From positions 124,001 to 188,000 of the forward strand of contig NIVC01000158.1 in NCBI GenBank assembly GCA_002269645.1: a stretch of 64,000 bases of DNA, given 5' to 3'. Source of the stretch: Macrostomum lignano. Lineage: Eukaryota. Position numbers and translations under genes: made by a program. Below are positions 49,110-61,237 of this stretch, in pieces. The notes beneath the pieces were generated by a model that saw only the letters and a program-made list of their open reading frames with translations, was not told the origin of the DNA and made no database searches. The first letter of the stretch is position 1. Each line of letters begins with the position of its first letter.

Positions 49110-49420
49110 AGGGGTCCAGTAGAGTGTGTAGGATTTCAAATCTCACGACTTGGAAGTCGGGGGTTCGATTCCCGGTCCCACTCGAAACAATTTGTGTCCC
49201 TGAGCAAGACACTTAACTTTGCATTGCTTCAGTTCAGCCAGCTGTAAAATGGGTGCCAGCATTAGCTGGGGTAATTCAAGGTGTGTGTGGCGATGGCGAC
49301 CCCCCCCCCAGTCCTTGGACTGAACAGCCGTACGCAGCCTTCAGATGCGCCACGCAATAGCTGCGGCTGAGCTGTCGGTTGCACATCTGGCCCAATTGGG
49401 GCAGGTGTAATCAATAATTA
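49110..49420 (+). mobile_element. tRNA-derived CORE-SINE (duplicate of 37172-37485)
   Basis: Same sequence within the second duplication unit, differing in poly-C length. Confidence 0.85.
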
Positions 49421-49846
49421 TTTTTATTGCTGGTAGATTAGAGCGGACAGTTGAATAGGGCGTTTGGTTTGGCAGTCTCTAAAAGTTGGGTATAGTGTAT
49501 GGTAGAGTCTCGTGGAGTTGGATTGGTTGTCTGGTTGACTGGCGAGTTGGTTGTCTGGTAGAGTGGCGAGTTGGTTGTCTGGTAGAGTGGCGAGTTGGTT
49601 GTCTGGTAGAGTGGCAAGTTGGGTGTCGGGTAGAGTGGTAGAGTGGCGAGTTGGTTGTCTGGTAGAGTGGCGAGTTGGTTGTCTGGTAGAGTGGCGAGTT
49701 GGTTGTCTGGTAGAGTGGCGAGTTGGTTGTCTGGTAGAGTGGCGAGTTGGTTGTCTGGTAGAGTGGCGAGTTGGATGTCTGGTAGAGTGGCGAGTTGGTT
49801 AGTTACCCGTACTCCTACCGCACGGTGTACTCGCGCTCCACCGCAG

Positions 49847-50165
49847 GCACCAGTCGGCAACATCAAAGGACAGCGGCGATGCCGGCAGCAGCCCCGCGAC
49901 CCCACTGGCCGCCCTGGTGTTCGTCGGCGGCCCGCCCAGGCCGGTGGAATTTCGCAGTCGCCAGCGTCAGAGTCGCGGGCAGCAGCGGAGGCTGCACCTG
50001 GCGGCGACGCGGCACGGCGGCCTGCTGGTGGCCGAAGGCTCGGCCGTCAGCGACTGGGCCGTCCGGCTGCCCGCCTTCGCTGCTGACGGGGACTCGCGTG
50101 CTGCTGCTGCTGATCAGGCAGCCCAAGCACTGTTTATGCTGATTTTTGTGCGCTCAGAGGAGCAG
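49847..50165 (+). CDS. RSB-motif protein copy 2 exon 5
   Basis: Duplicate of 37912-38233 with W>R, L>I, two synonymous changes and an in-frame Ala deletion. Confidence 0.68.
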
Positions 50166-53100
50166 GTGAGTGAGCTGGCTGATTGACAGCTCGAATCAAT
50201 CATTTGGCTGTCTGTCTGTTTTGTGTTACTGATGCTGTCTGTTTTGTGTTACTGATGCTTTCTGTCTGTTTTGTGTTACTGATGCTGTCTGTCTGTTTTG
50301 TGTTACTGATGCTGTCTGTCTGTTTTGTGTTACTGATGCTGTCTGTCTGTTTTGTGTTACTGAGGCTGTCTGTCTGTTTTGTGTTACTGATGCTTTCTGT
50401 CTGCTTTGTGTTACTGATGCTGTCTGTTTTGTGTTACTGATGCTGTCTGTTTTGTGTTACTGATGCTGTCTGTTTTGTGTTACTGATGCTGTCTGTTTTG
50501 TGTTACTGATGCTGTCTGTCTGTTTTGTGTTACTGATGCTGTCTGTCTGTTTTGTGTTACTGATGCTGTCTGTCTGTTTTGTGTTACAGATGCTGTCTGT
50601 CTGTTTTGTGTTACTGATGCTGTCTGTCTGTTTTGTGTTACTGATGCTGTCTGTCTGTTTTGTGTTACTGATGCTGTCTGTCTGTTTTGTGTTACTGATG
50701 CTGTCTGTCTGTTTTGTGTTACTGAGGCTGTCTGTCTGTTTTGTGTTACTGATGCTTTCTGTCTGCTTTGTGTTACTGATGCTGTCTGTTTTGTGTTACT
50801 GATGCTGTCTGTTTTGTGTTACTGATGCTGTCTGCTTTGTGTTACTGATGCTGTCTGTCTGTTTTGTGTTACTGATGCTGTCTGTCTGTTTTGTGTTACT
50901 GATGCTGTCTGTCTGTTTTGTGTTACTGATGCTGTCTGTCTGTTTTGTGTTACTGATGCTGTCTGTCTGTTTTGTGTTACTGATGCTGTCTGTCTGTTTT
51001 GTGTTACTGATGCTGTCTGTCTGTTTTGTGTTACTGATGCTGTCTGTCTGTTTTGTGTTACTGATGCTGTCTGTTTTGTGTTACTGATGCTGTCTGTCTG
51101 TTTTGTGTTACTGATGCTTTCTGTCTGTTTTGTGTTACTGATGCTGTCTGCTTTGTGTTACTGATGCTGTCTGTCTGTTTTGTGTTACAGATGCTGTCTG
51201 TCTGTTTTGTGTTACTGAGGCTGTCTGTCTGTTTTCTGTTACAGAGGCTGTCTGTCTGTTTTCTGTTACAGAGGCTGTCTGTCTGTTTTGTGTTACTGAT
51301 GCTGTCTGTCTGTTTTCTGTTACTGATGCTGTCTGTCTGTTTTCTGTTACTGAGGCTGTCTCTGTTTTCTGTTACTGAGGCTGTCTGTCTGTTTTCTGTT
51401 ACTGATGCTGTTCTGTTAATTAAAATAATTTCATTTTTAGTTAGTGAGTGACCTTTTTAGTTAGTGAGTAATAGTAGATTTCACGCCCCTGGAAATCTAG
51501 GCCCGACATTCGCTAGGATTTCCCCGCGGAATTTTTCATAAACTTCTCTCTGTTATCTATCTGTTTGCTAGGTCATTAATTTGTCTCTACCAGCTGACTT
51601 TGTGCTTATTTTATAATGCGCTTTTTCTGCACAGTGCACTCCCTGCCCTATCAGGGGGTCACTTTCACATTTGAGTAAACAAAAACATTTATGTACAGCT
51701 GAGAATCTCACTGCACTTTTCCTGGTCACCTGTGCGGCTGGGCGGCTGGCTTATACTCTCTTACTTAGTTGATTGTGCCAGTCTGCGCCTGTGTCTACTG
51801 TCCTCTCCCCTTTCTCTCCCTTCCTCTCTCCCCTTTCTCCCTCCCCCTTTCTCTCCCTTCCTCTCTCCCCTTTCTCTCCCTTCCTCTCTCCCCTTTCTCT
51901 CCCTTCCTCTCTCCCCTTTCTCCCTCCCCCTTTCTCTCCCTTCCTCTCTCCCCTTTCTCTCCCTTCCTCTCTCCCCTTTCTCCCTCCCCCTTTCTCTCCC
52001 TTCCTCTCTCTCCTTTCTCCCTCCCCCTTTCTCTCCCTTCCTCTCTCCCCTTTCTCCCACCCCCTTTCTCTCCCTTCCTCTCTCCCCTTTCTCCCTCCCC
52101 CTTTCTCTCCCTTCCTCTCTCCCCTTTCTCTCCCTTCCTCTCTCCCCTTTCTCTCCCTTCCTCTCTCCCCTTTCTCCCTCCCCCTTTCTCTCCCTTCCTC
52201 TCTCCCCTTTCTCTCCCTTCCTCTCTCCCCTTTCTCCCTCCCCCTTTCTCTCCCTTCCTCTCTCCCCTTTCTCTCCCTTCCTCTCTCCCCTTTCTCCCTC
52301 CCCCTTTCTCTCCCTTCCTCTCTCCCCTTTCTCTCCCTTCCTCTCTCCCCTTTCTCCCTCCCCCTTTCTCTTTCCCCTTCCTCTCCCTTCCTCTCTCCCC
52401 TTCCTCTCTCCCCTTTCTCTCCCTTCCTCCTCCCCTTTCTCCCTCCCCCTTTCTCTCCCTTCCTCTCTCCCCTTTCTCTCCCTTCCTCTCTCCCCTTTCT
52501 CCCTCCCCCTTTCTCTCCCTTCCTCTCTCCCCTTTCTCTCCCTTCCTCTCTCCCCTTTCTCCCTCCCCCTTTCTCTTTCCCCTTCCTCTCCCTTCCTCTC
52601 TCCCCTTCCTCTCTCCCCTTCCTCTCTCCCCTTTCTCTCCCTTCCTCCTCCCCTTTCTCTCCCTTCCTCTCTCCCCTTTCTCCCACCCCCTTTCTCTCCC
52701 TTCCTCTACCCCTTTCTTCCCTTCCTAATTTATCCCCGGTACCTTAATCCTCCCATACGCTTCCAGTCTTCTAAAAATTTTATACCTCAACTTAATTTTC
52801 TGTTTCATATTGTCGGTCAATATACTCGTATATTATTATTATTATTGTTGTTGTTTTTATTATTAATATTATTATTATTATTATTATTATTATTTTTAGA
52901 GGTTATTTTTCCACAAAACTGCTTAAAAGAGAAATAAACCAATTTTCACTTTTTCTCGCTACTGCAATTATATTTCAGAATGGCAGTCGAGTTTAAGCCT
53001 GAGAGTACAAACTGAGGACGAGCCTGCTGCAATCAATGCATTTCTACTCTGTCCATTGACCAGTCAGCCTCCGCTGTGTGCACTCGCGCTTTTCATGTTT

Positions 53101-54804
53101 AGCTATAATTGCGTCGCATCTGCTATCCGCGAGCCGGTCCGGCGCCCCAATCACTGGAAATTGGGCAATTATGATTTCATTTTTGTCTTGTTGTTCCGAT
53201 TGAAAATTTTCTTCTCAATTCTTTTTTCCCTTTTCCTTTGAGCCTTTTTTCCCTATTGCTATTGTAGAAGCAAAGGGAACTCTGGATTTAAAAAGTATGT
53301 TGTTTGTTAGAAAAAAATTTACAGGTTTTTACAATACCTAAAGTTCCCAACGCCTAAAATCAAACTAAGCACCCCAATTCACGTGACCTAAATTTCAAAG
53401 GACCTAAATTTCACATCGCCTAAAAGTTTTAGGTCTCGTAAAGTTTAGGTTTCATTAAGTTTTGTGCTTAGGTCTAATGAAGTTTAGGTCTCATGAAGCT
53501 TAGGTCAAATGAAGTTTAGGTCTTATGAAGTTTTAGGTCTCATGAAGTTTAGGCTTCATGAAGTTTTGTGCTTAGGTCTAATGAAGTTTAGGTCTCATGA
53601 AGCTTAGGTCAAATAAAGTTTAGGTCTTATGAAATTTAGTCTTATGAAGTTTAGGTCTCATGAAGTTTAGGTCTCATGAAGTTTAGGTCTCATGAAGTTT
53701 AGGTCTAATGAAGTTTAGGTCTCATGAAGCTTAGGTCAAATGAAGTTTAGGTCTTATGAAATTTAGTCTTATGAAGTTTAGGTCAAATGAAGTTTAGGTC
53801 TAATGAAGTTTAGGTCTCATGAAGTTTAGGTCTCATGAAGTTTAGGTCTCATGAAGTTTAGGTCTAATGAAGTTTAGGTCTCATGAAGTTTAGGTCTCAT
53901 GAAGTTTAGGTCTCATGAAGTTTAGGTCTTATGAAGTTTAGGTCTTATGAAGTTTAGGTCTCATGAAGTTTAGGTCTCATGAAGTTTAGGCTTCATGAAG
54001 TTTAAGTCTCATGAAGTTTTAAGTCTCATTAAATTGGATTTTTTAACCTTTATGCGATGCGAATTTAAGTCTTATGAAGTTTAGTAGGCGTTGTGAAAGA
54101 TTGTGCTTTAGACGAAGTGAATTTTGTGTCCTGTGAAAGCGACAATTTCCCATTTAGGTAAATATTTTTCTAATAATGTCAGTCAAATTTTATCATTTTT
54201 ATCAAAATGCAATCAAGTTCTGCTAAATATATATACGATTTACAAGTACAATTCGATGTAGATATATATATGTAAGTTTTCTGTTGATAAATAAAAATTT
54301 TCGTTTATACAGTTTTAGCGCCTGTTGTTTTGTTTGGGTCAACTACATGTAGAATCTGGTGGCCAGCTCACTCGCAGCTGTCAGATACAGCTTTTTAGGC
54401 TAGCTGCTGAAGTGCTTCCCTCGGCTGCGTTGTAAATCACACAAGTCACGTGCTTCGATAGATTCACTCTCTATCTAACCATTAAGAGTGCGCGGGGTTC
54501 AGGCTGGCTTTATAAGCTGCTGCTGCAATTTAGTCTATTATATAAAGAAGCCATACAGCCTATACAGTTTATACATACTTCATATAGAGCGTTTCTATTT
54601 TTATATCAGGCCGTAGTGTTTATTTGAGTTTCGCGGTCCGGGCTCCCATATCACGCGGGGCCGCGTGACCGCTTTTAAATTGACTGGACTGCTCCCTCTC
54701 CTTTGCTTTAATCTGCAGTTTTGAATTTTGATTTAATAATATTGTGTATGTAGTTAATTCTAACACTTAAGCACTTCTTTAACTGTTTGTGGCGCAAATT
54801 CTGG

Positions 54805-57800
54805 GAACCGCCGGCCGCCCCTTATATGCCCTGGGAACCGCCTCTTATCCGCTTGCAACTCCGCCTCTTATCCGCTCTGTTAACCGCCCCTTATCCGCCT
54901 TTAAAACCGCCCCTTATCCCCCCTGTTAACCGCCCCTTATCCGCCTTTAAAAACGCCCCTTATCCGCCCTGTTAACCGCCCCGTATCCGCCCTGTTAACC
55001 GCCCCTTATCCGCCTTTAAAACCGCCCCTTATCCCCCCTGTTAACCGCCCCTTATCCGCCTTTAAAACCGCCCCTTATCCGCCCTGTTAACCGCCCCGTA
55101 TCCGCCCTGTTAACCGCCCCTTATCCGCCCTGTTAACCGCCCCGTATCCGCCCTGTTAACCGCCCCTTATCCGCCTTTAAAACCGCCCCTTATCCGCCCT
55201 GTTAACCGCCCCTTATCCGCCTTTAAAACCGCCCCTTATCCGCCCTGTTAACTGCCCTTTATCCGCCTTTAAAACCGCCCCTTATCCGCCCTGTTAACCG
55301 CCCCTTATCCGCCTTTAAAACCGCCCCTTATCCCCCTGTTAACCGCCCTTTATCCGCCTTTAAAACCGCCCCTTATCCGCCCTGTTAACCGCCCCTTATC
55401 CGCCTTTAAAACCGCCCCGTATCAGCCCTGTTAACCGCCCCTTATCCGCCTTTAAAACCGCCCCTTATCCGCCTTTAAAACCGCCCCTTATCCGCCCTGT
55501 TAACCGCCCCTTATCCGCCCTGTTAACCGCCCCTTATCCGCCCTGTTAACCGCCCCTTATCCGCCTTTAAAACCGCCCCTTATCCGCCTTTAAAACCACC
55601 CCTTATCCGCCCTGTTAACCGCCCCTTATCCGCCCTGTTAACCGCCCCTTATCCGCCTTTAAAACCGCCCCTTATCCCCCCTGTTAACCGCCCTTTATCC
55701 GCCTTTAAAACCGCCCCTTATCCGCCCTGTTAACCGCCCTTTATCCGCCTTTAAAACCGCCCCTTATCAGCCCTGTTAACCGCCCCTTATCCGCCCTGTT
55801 AACCGCCCTTTATCCGCCTTTAAAACCGCCCCTTATCCGCCCTGTTAACCGCCCCTTATCCGCCTTTAAAAACCGCCCCTTATCAGCCCTGCTAACCGCC
55901 CCTTATCCGCCTTTAAAACCGCCCCTTATCCGCCTTTAAAACCGCCCCTTATCCACCTTTGAAACCGCCCCTTATCCGCCTTTAAAACCGCCCCTTATCC
56001 GCCCTGTTAACCGCCCCTTATCCGCCCTGTTAACCGCCCCTTATCCGCCCTGTTAACTGCCCTTTATGCGCCTTTAAAACCACCCCTATCCGCCCTGTTA
56101 ACCGCCCCTTATCCGCCCTGTTAACTGCCCTTTATGCGCCTTTAAAACCACCCCTTATCCGCCTTTAAAACCGCCCCTTATCCGCCCTGTTAACCGCCCC
56201 TTATCCGCCCTGTTAACCGCCCCTTATCCGCCCTGTTAACTGCCTTTTATCCGGCTTTAAAACCGCCCCTTATCCGCCCTGTTAACCGCCCCTTATCCGC
56301 CTTTAAAACCGCCCCTTATCAGCCCTGTTAACCGCCCCTTATCCGCCTTTAAAACCGCCCCTTATCCGCCCTGTTAACCGCCCCTTATCCGCCCTGTTAA
56401 CCGCCCCTTATCCGCCTTTAAAACCGCCCCTTATCCGCCCTGTTAACCGCCCCTTATCCGCCCTGTTAACCGCCCCTTATCCGCCCTGTTAACTGCCCTT
56501 TATGCGCCTTTAAAACCGCCCATTATCCGCCTTTCAATCCGCCCTTTATCCGCCCTGTTAACCGCCCTTTATCTGCCTTTATAACCGCCCCTTATCCGCC
56601 CTGTTAACTGCCCTTTATGCGCCTTTATAACCGCCCCTTATCCGCCCTGTTAACTGCCCTTTATGCGCCTTTATAACCGCCCCTTATCCGCCCTGTTAAC
56701 TGCCCTTTATGCGCCTTGAAAACCACCCCTTATCCGCCCTGTTAACCGCCCCTTATCCGCCTTTAAAACCGCCCCTTATCAGCCCTGTTAACCGCCCCTT
56801 ATCCGCCTTTAAAACCGCCCCTTATCCGCCTTTAAAACCGCCCCTTATCCGCCTTTAAAACCGCCCCTTATCCGCCTTTAAAACCGCCCCTTATCCGCCT
56901 TTAAAACCGCCCCTTATCCGCCCTGTTAACTGCCCTTTATCCGCCTTTAAAACCGCCCCTTATCCGCCCCGTTAACCGCCCCTTATCCGCCCTGTTAACC
57001 GCCCCTTATCCGCCTTTTAAACCGCATCTTATCCCCCCTGTTAACCGCCCCTTATCCGCCTTTAAAACCGCCCCTTATCCGCCCTGTTAACTGCCCTTTA
57101 TCCGCCTTTAAACCACCCCTTATCCGCCCTGTTAACCGCCCTTATCCGCCCTGTTAACCGCCCCTTATCCGCCCTGTTAACTGCCCTTTATCCGGCTTTA
57201 AAACCGCCCCTTATCCGCCCTGTTAACCGCCCCTTATCCGCCTTTAAAACCGCCCCTTATCCCCCCTGTTAACCGCCCCTTATCCGCCTTTAAAACCGCC
57301 CCTTATCCGCCCTGTTAACCGCCCCTTATCCGCCTTTAAAACCGCCCTTTATCCGCCTTTAAAACCGCCCCTTATCCGCCTTTAAAACCGCCCCTTATCC
57401 GCCCTGTTAACCGCCCCTTATCCGCCCTGTTAACCGCCCCTTATCCGCCCTGTTAACTGCCCTTTATGCGCCTTTAAAACCGCCCATTATCCGCCTTTCA
57501 ATCCGCCCTTTATCCGCCCTGTTAACCGCCCCTTATCCGCCTTTATAACCGCCCCTTATCCGCCCTGTTAACTGCCCTTTATGCGCCTTTATAACCGCCC
57601 CTTATCCGCCCTGTTAACTGCCCTTTATGCACCTTTATAACCGCCCCTTATCCGCCCTGTTAACTGCCCTTTATGCGCTTTTATAACCGCCCCTTATCCG
57701 CCCTGTTAACTGCCCTTTATGCGCCTTTAAAACCACCCCTTATCCGCCCTGTTAACCGCCCCTTATTTGCCCTGTTAACTGCCCTTTATCCGCCTTTAAA

Positions 57801-57990
57801 ACCGCCTCTTATCCGCCCTGTTAACTGCCCCTTATCCGCCTTTAAAACCGCCCCTTATCCGCCTTTAAAACCGCCTCTTATCCGCCCTGTTAACCGCCCC
57901 TTATCCGCCCTGTTAACTGCCCCTTATCCGCCTTTAAAACCGCGTCTTATCCGCCCTGGAAACCGCGTCTTATCCGCCCTGGAAACCGCC
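54805..57990. repeat. 23-bp GC-box minisatellite, copy 2 (about 3.2 kb)
   Basis: Same variant order as copy 1 at its 5' end, then continues further. Confidence 0.96.
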
Positions 57991-58619
57991 CATACCGGTA
58001 AACGTCCTGTCTTTTTTTTTGCCTTGGTAATCTACATTCTCAGGATCTCTTATACGGTCGTATAAACTGTCCTTACTCATCATCGTACACGGCAATGACA
58101 AGTGCACAAACACTGTGTATAGTGTTGCACAATGAATTGTATTCCAGAATTTTCCGCGTGATTCCAGACTCCAGACATGACAAAAACAAGAGTCATCTGC
58201 TTTTGGATTCACCCACCAGTGTCTACCACTAGTGACGCCCTTTTCTGTACTGTACACTGCATTATAAAAATCTGACGAAATTCTTTTCGGTTCTATTTTT
58301 AGAAATCGGGCAATCCCCGGCTAGGCCTCGGGGCGGGGCGTTTAGAAAGCCACCGTACACCCCTACCCCTGTCTGTTTCAAATGGACTTTTCTATCGCAA
58401 AAAAGCTGACGAAATAAGTATTTTTGTCAAGGTCGCAGTCTATGTTCCTATTATGGCGCTTCGAATAGTTGAGTCAACGAAAAGCAATTGGGGGTTTGTC
58501 TGCGTTTCAAGACTAGTTTTTTAGGCAGCTTTAAAAATGTATGGATTTTTTCGCTTGGCTATTTCATTTGTTTAGTCCATAACAATTAAGGCTTCGCAAA
58601 TCCTCGTGCTGGGATTCCC

Positions 58620-59400
58620 ATAACTTCTAGTTCGGCTTCCCAAATCCTCAGGTTGGACTTCCCAAATCTTCAGATTGGACTTCCCAAATCTTCAGATTGG
58701 ATTTCCCAAATCTTCAAATTAGACTTCTCAGATCTCCGGGTTGGACTTCCCTCAGATCCTAAGGTTGGACTTCCCAAATCCTCAAGTTGGACTTCCCAGA
58801 TCCTCGGTTTGGACTTCCCAAATCCTCAAGTTGGACTTCCCAGATCCCCGGTTGGACTTCCCAAATCCTCAAGTTGGACTTCCCAGATCCCCGGTTGGAC
58901 TTCCCAAATCCTCAAGTTGGACTTCCCAGATCCCCGGTTGGACTTCCCAAATCCTCAAGTTGGACTTCCCAGATCCCCGGTTGGACTTTCCAAATCCTCA
59001 AGTTGGACTTCCCAGATCCTCGGTTTGGACTTCCCAAATCCTCAAGTTGGAGTCGGACTTCCCAGATCCCCGGTTGGACTTCCCAAATCCTCAAGTTGGA
59101 CTTCCCAGATTCTCGGTTTGGACTTCCCTAATCCTCAAGTTGGACTTCCCAGATCCTCGGTTTGGACTTCCCGAATCCTCAAGTTGGAGTCGGACTTCCC
59201 AGATCCCCGGTTGGACTTCCCAAATCCTCAAGTTGGACTTCCCAGATCCCCGGTTGGACTTCCCAGATCCTCAAGTTGGACATCTCAGATCCCCGGGTTG
59301 GACTTCCCAAATCCTCAAGTTGGACTTCCCAAATCCTCAAGTTGGACTTCCCAGATCCTCAGGTTGGACTGCCCAGATCATGGGGTCAGACTTCTCAGAT
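58620..59400. repeat. 21/22-bp dimeric minisatellite (GGACTTCCCAAATCCTCAAGTT + GGACTTCCCAGATCCCCGGTT)
   Basis: Alternating units give a ~43-bp higher-order period. Confidence 0.93.
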
Positions 59401-60259
59401 CCTCAGTTTGTGCATTTCTGTACTGTACTCTTATTCTTCCGTTATTCTGTGATTGAAAAAATACATTTTAGTGCAGTCATGTGCATGCGCCAAAACCTGT
59501 TCACACAGTGCACTGCAACTACAAGTTCGATTTTTGCGGTTAGGAAAAATCTGAATCTAAATCCAGGTGCAGCGGCGCGCAGTTCGGTGCAGCAATTCTC
59601 TTTATGGTGCCGCTTTGGCGACCACTTTCCGCTAGCGCCCTCGCGACGGAGCAAATGAAATTTCGGAAGCTTTCGGCACCGAATTTCGCCTTAATTTAAC
59701 GAATGGGTCAGGAGGGACAGCAGTGGAGGCCGAGCGGCATTGGCTATGCCTTCAGTCGGATGCATGGGTTATGCGGTGCACCTGAATTACACTAAGCTTA
59801 ACTATGCCTCGTGTTGTTGCTAACTAAACTTGCTACATTATTATCAATTCGGATTATTAATGTAACCAAGTCGCCGTGTTTTTCCCTCATTTTTGTGGAT
59901 GAAATTCCATTGCTCGAAAGCGGAAATCTTAGTTGCATTTATTGCTTGATTTTTCAAGGGGGCGTATTTTACGAGCATTTCCGCGTCCTCTAACTGTACC
60001 TAGGTCAACTTTCTTGATTTTGTACGTCCGATTGTGGATTACTAAAATTGTACTCGATAATCCCATTTAATTATTAGATACATACTAAAGTACATTGAGA
60101 GACTTGTGGAAACGTCCACTTTTAATTCGCTTCAGATTGTCCAGGCTACTACAGTTTAAGTGCGTCAATGCTTGAGTGGTGACTGGATTCGGATTGTTTG
60201 GGGGGAGGACATCAAGACAGTCTTTTTTTCTTGCGGTATCGGGCACTCCGGAATTATCG

Positions 60260-60665
60260 CTAGCCGGGACCACGTGACTTGCTACTGGTGGTCACACTTG
60301 CTTTACGTGGCGTGGCCCGCGCCCTCCCGAAGTCCACGTCAGCGCTGCGTCAGCCGACCTTCCCTATTGGTCGAGAAAATAGATCGCTGGGAGAGGGGGA
60401 GGGATGAGAAGTTGGGGGGGGGGGCAGGTCGTTAAAATCGGGGGGGGTTGAGAGAGCTATTTTTAGATTTCATGTACACTAAAGTTTTCCGCAAGCGTAC
60501 AAAGCGGTCCTGATGGAATTTCCTTGAGAAACGGGGGCAAGGAAAGCCCAGTAAGAGAGAGAGGTCTCTGAGTACAGTGTGTGGCGGGGAGCGCCAATCC
60601 TCACGCGGCAAACATCGGAAAACACGAAGCTGTTTCTTAGCGGGCAAGGCCCAGGCTATAAAATC
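60260..60665 (+). promoter_or_regulatory. Putative GADD45 promoter (E-box, CRE/UPRE-like, CCAAT, TATA)
   Basis: CACGTG near 60272, TTACGTGG 60303-60310, CCACGTCA 60334-60341, TGCGTCA 60346-60352, ATTGG 60366-60370, CCAAT 60594-60598 and TATAAAA 60657-60663, about 160 nt upstream of the ATG. Confidence 0.55.
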
Positions 60666-60819
60666 CAATGCGTGCGCTGAGGGCAGGCGATTAAGCTATT
60701 AGTGTCAACAAGCACAATATAAGGACAAAATCCATAAGCAAGCTTTCTTAAGCTAATCGAAGCTTCCACTTACCTTGACAAATCGTTACAGTTCAAAGTC
60801 GAATTTTTTAAGCTTCCCT

Positions 60820-60878
60820 ATGGCCGATCCGCCAGACAAAACCAGCAATTACAATAGCTTCATTCCAGACTCTACTGG
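60820..60878 (+). CDS. GADD45: GADD45-family protein exon 1 (MADPPDKTSNYNSFIPDSTG)
   Basis: ATG at 60820, GTAAGT donor at 60879 (phase 2). Joins the TACAG acceptor at 60958 in frame. An alternative start is the ATG at 60963. Confidence 0.65.
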
Positions 60879-60958
60879 GTAAGTTTGCAAGCTAATTTAT
60901 TAATCATAAAATATTGTTATTTACGGTATGCTTTCAAACTGTCCTTGTTGCACTACAG

Positions 60959-61093
60959 CGCAATGGTACTCGACGACGAGATGTCTCAGCAAGTCACGCT
61001 CAACGTATCCATGCAGCAGTGCTTAGCCCAGGCCAACTCGGAGGGGCGCCTGATTTCTGGGTTTAAAAACGTGTTCACCTTTCTGGAGAACAA
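60959..61093 (+). CDS. GADD45: GADD45-family protein exon 2
   Basis: LNVSMQQCLAQANSEGRLISGFKNVFTFLEN aligns with GADD45 ALEEVLSKALSQRTITVGVYEAAKLLN. GTTAGT donor at 61094, phase 2. Confidence 0.82.
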
Positions 61094-61237
61094 GTTAGTT
61101 GCGTATCCATGCATGTTTGAATATTTAATTTTCACCGAAGCAAATAGAAATCCTAAACTCATTACTATAAGTACTCGTATAACTAATACTTCAGAAACTC
61201 GAAGTTTTAATTGTCCCACATTTTCTTTGGATTACAG

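Larger units (their letters stand above)
43914..56514 (+). repeat. Tandem segmental duplication unit 2 (~12.6 kb)
   Basis: Collinear with 33603-43906 and longer because of array expansions. The 23-bp array continues to about 57990. Confidence 0.95.
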
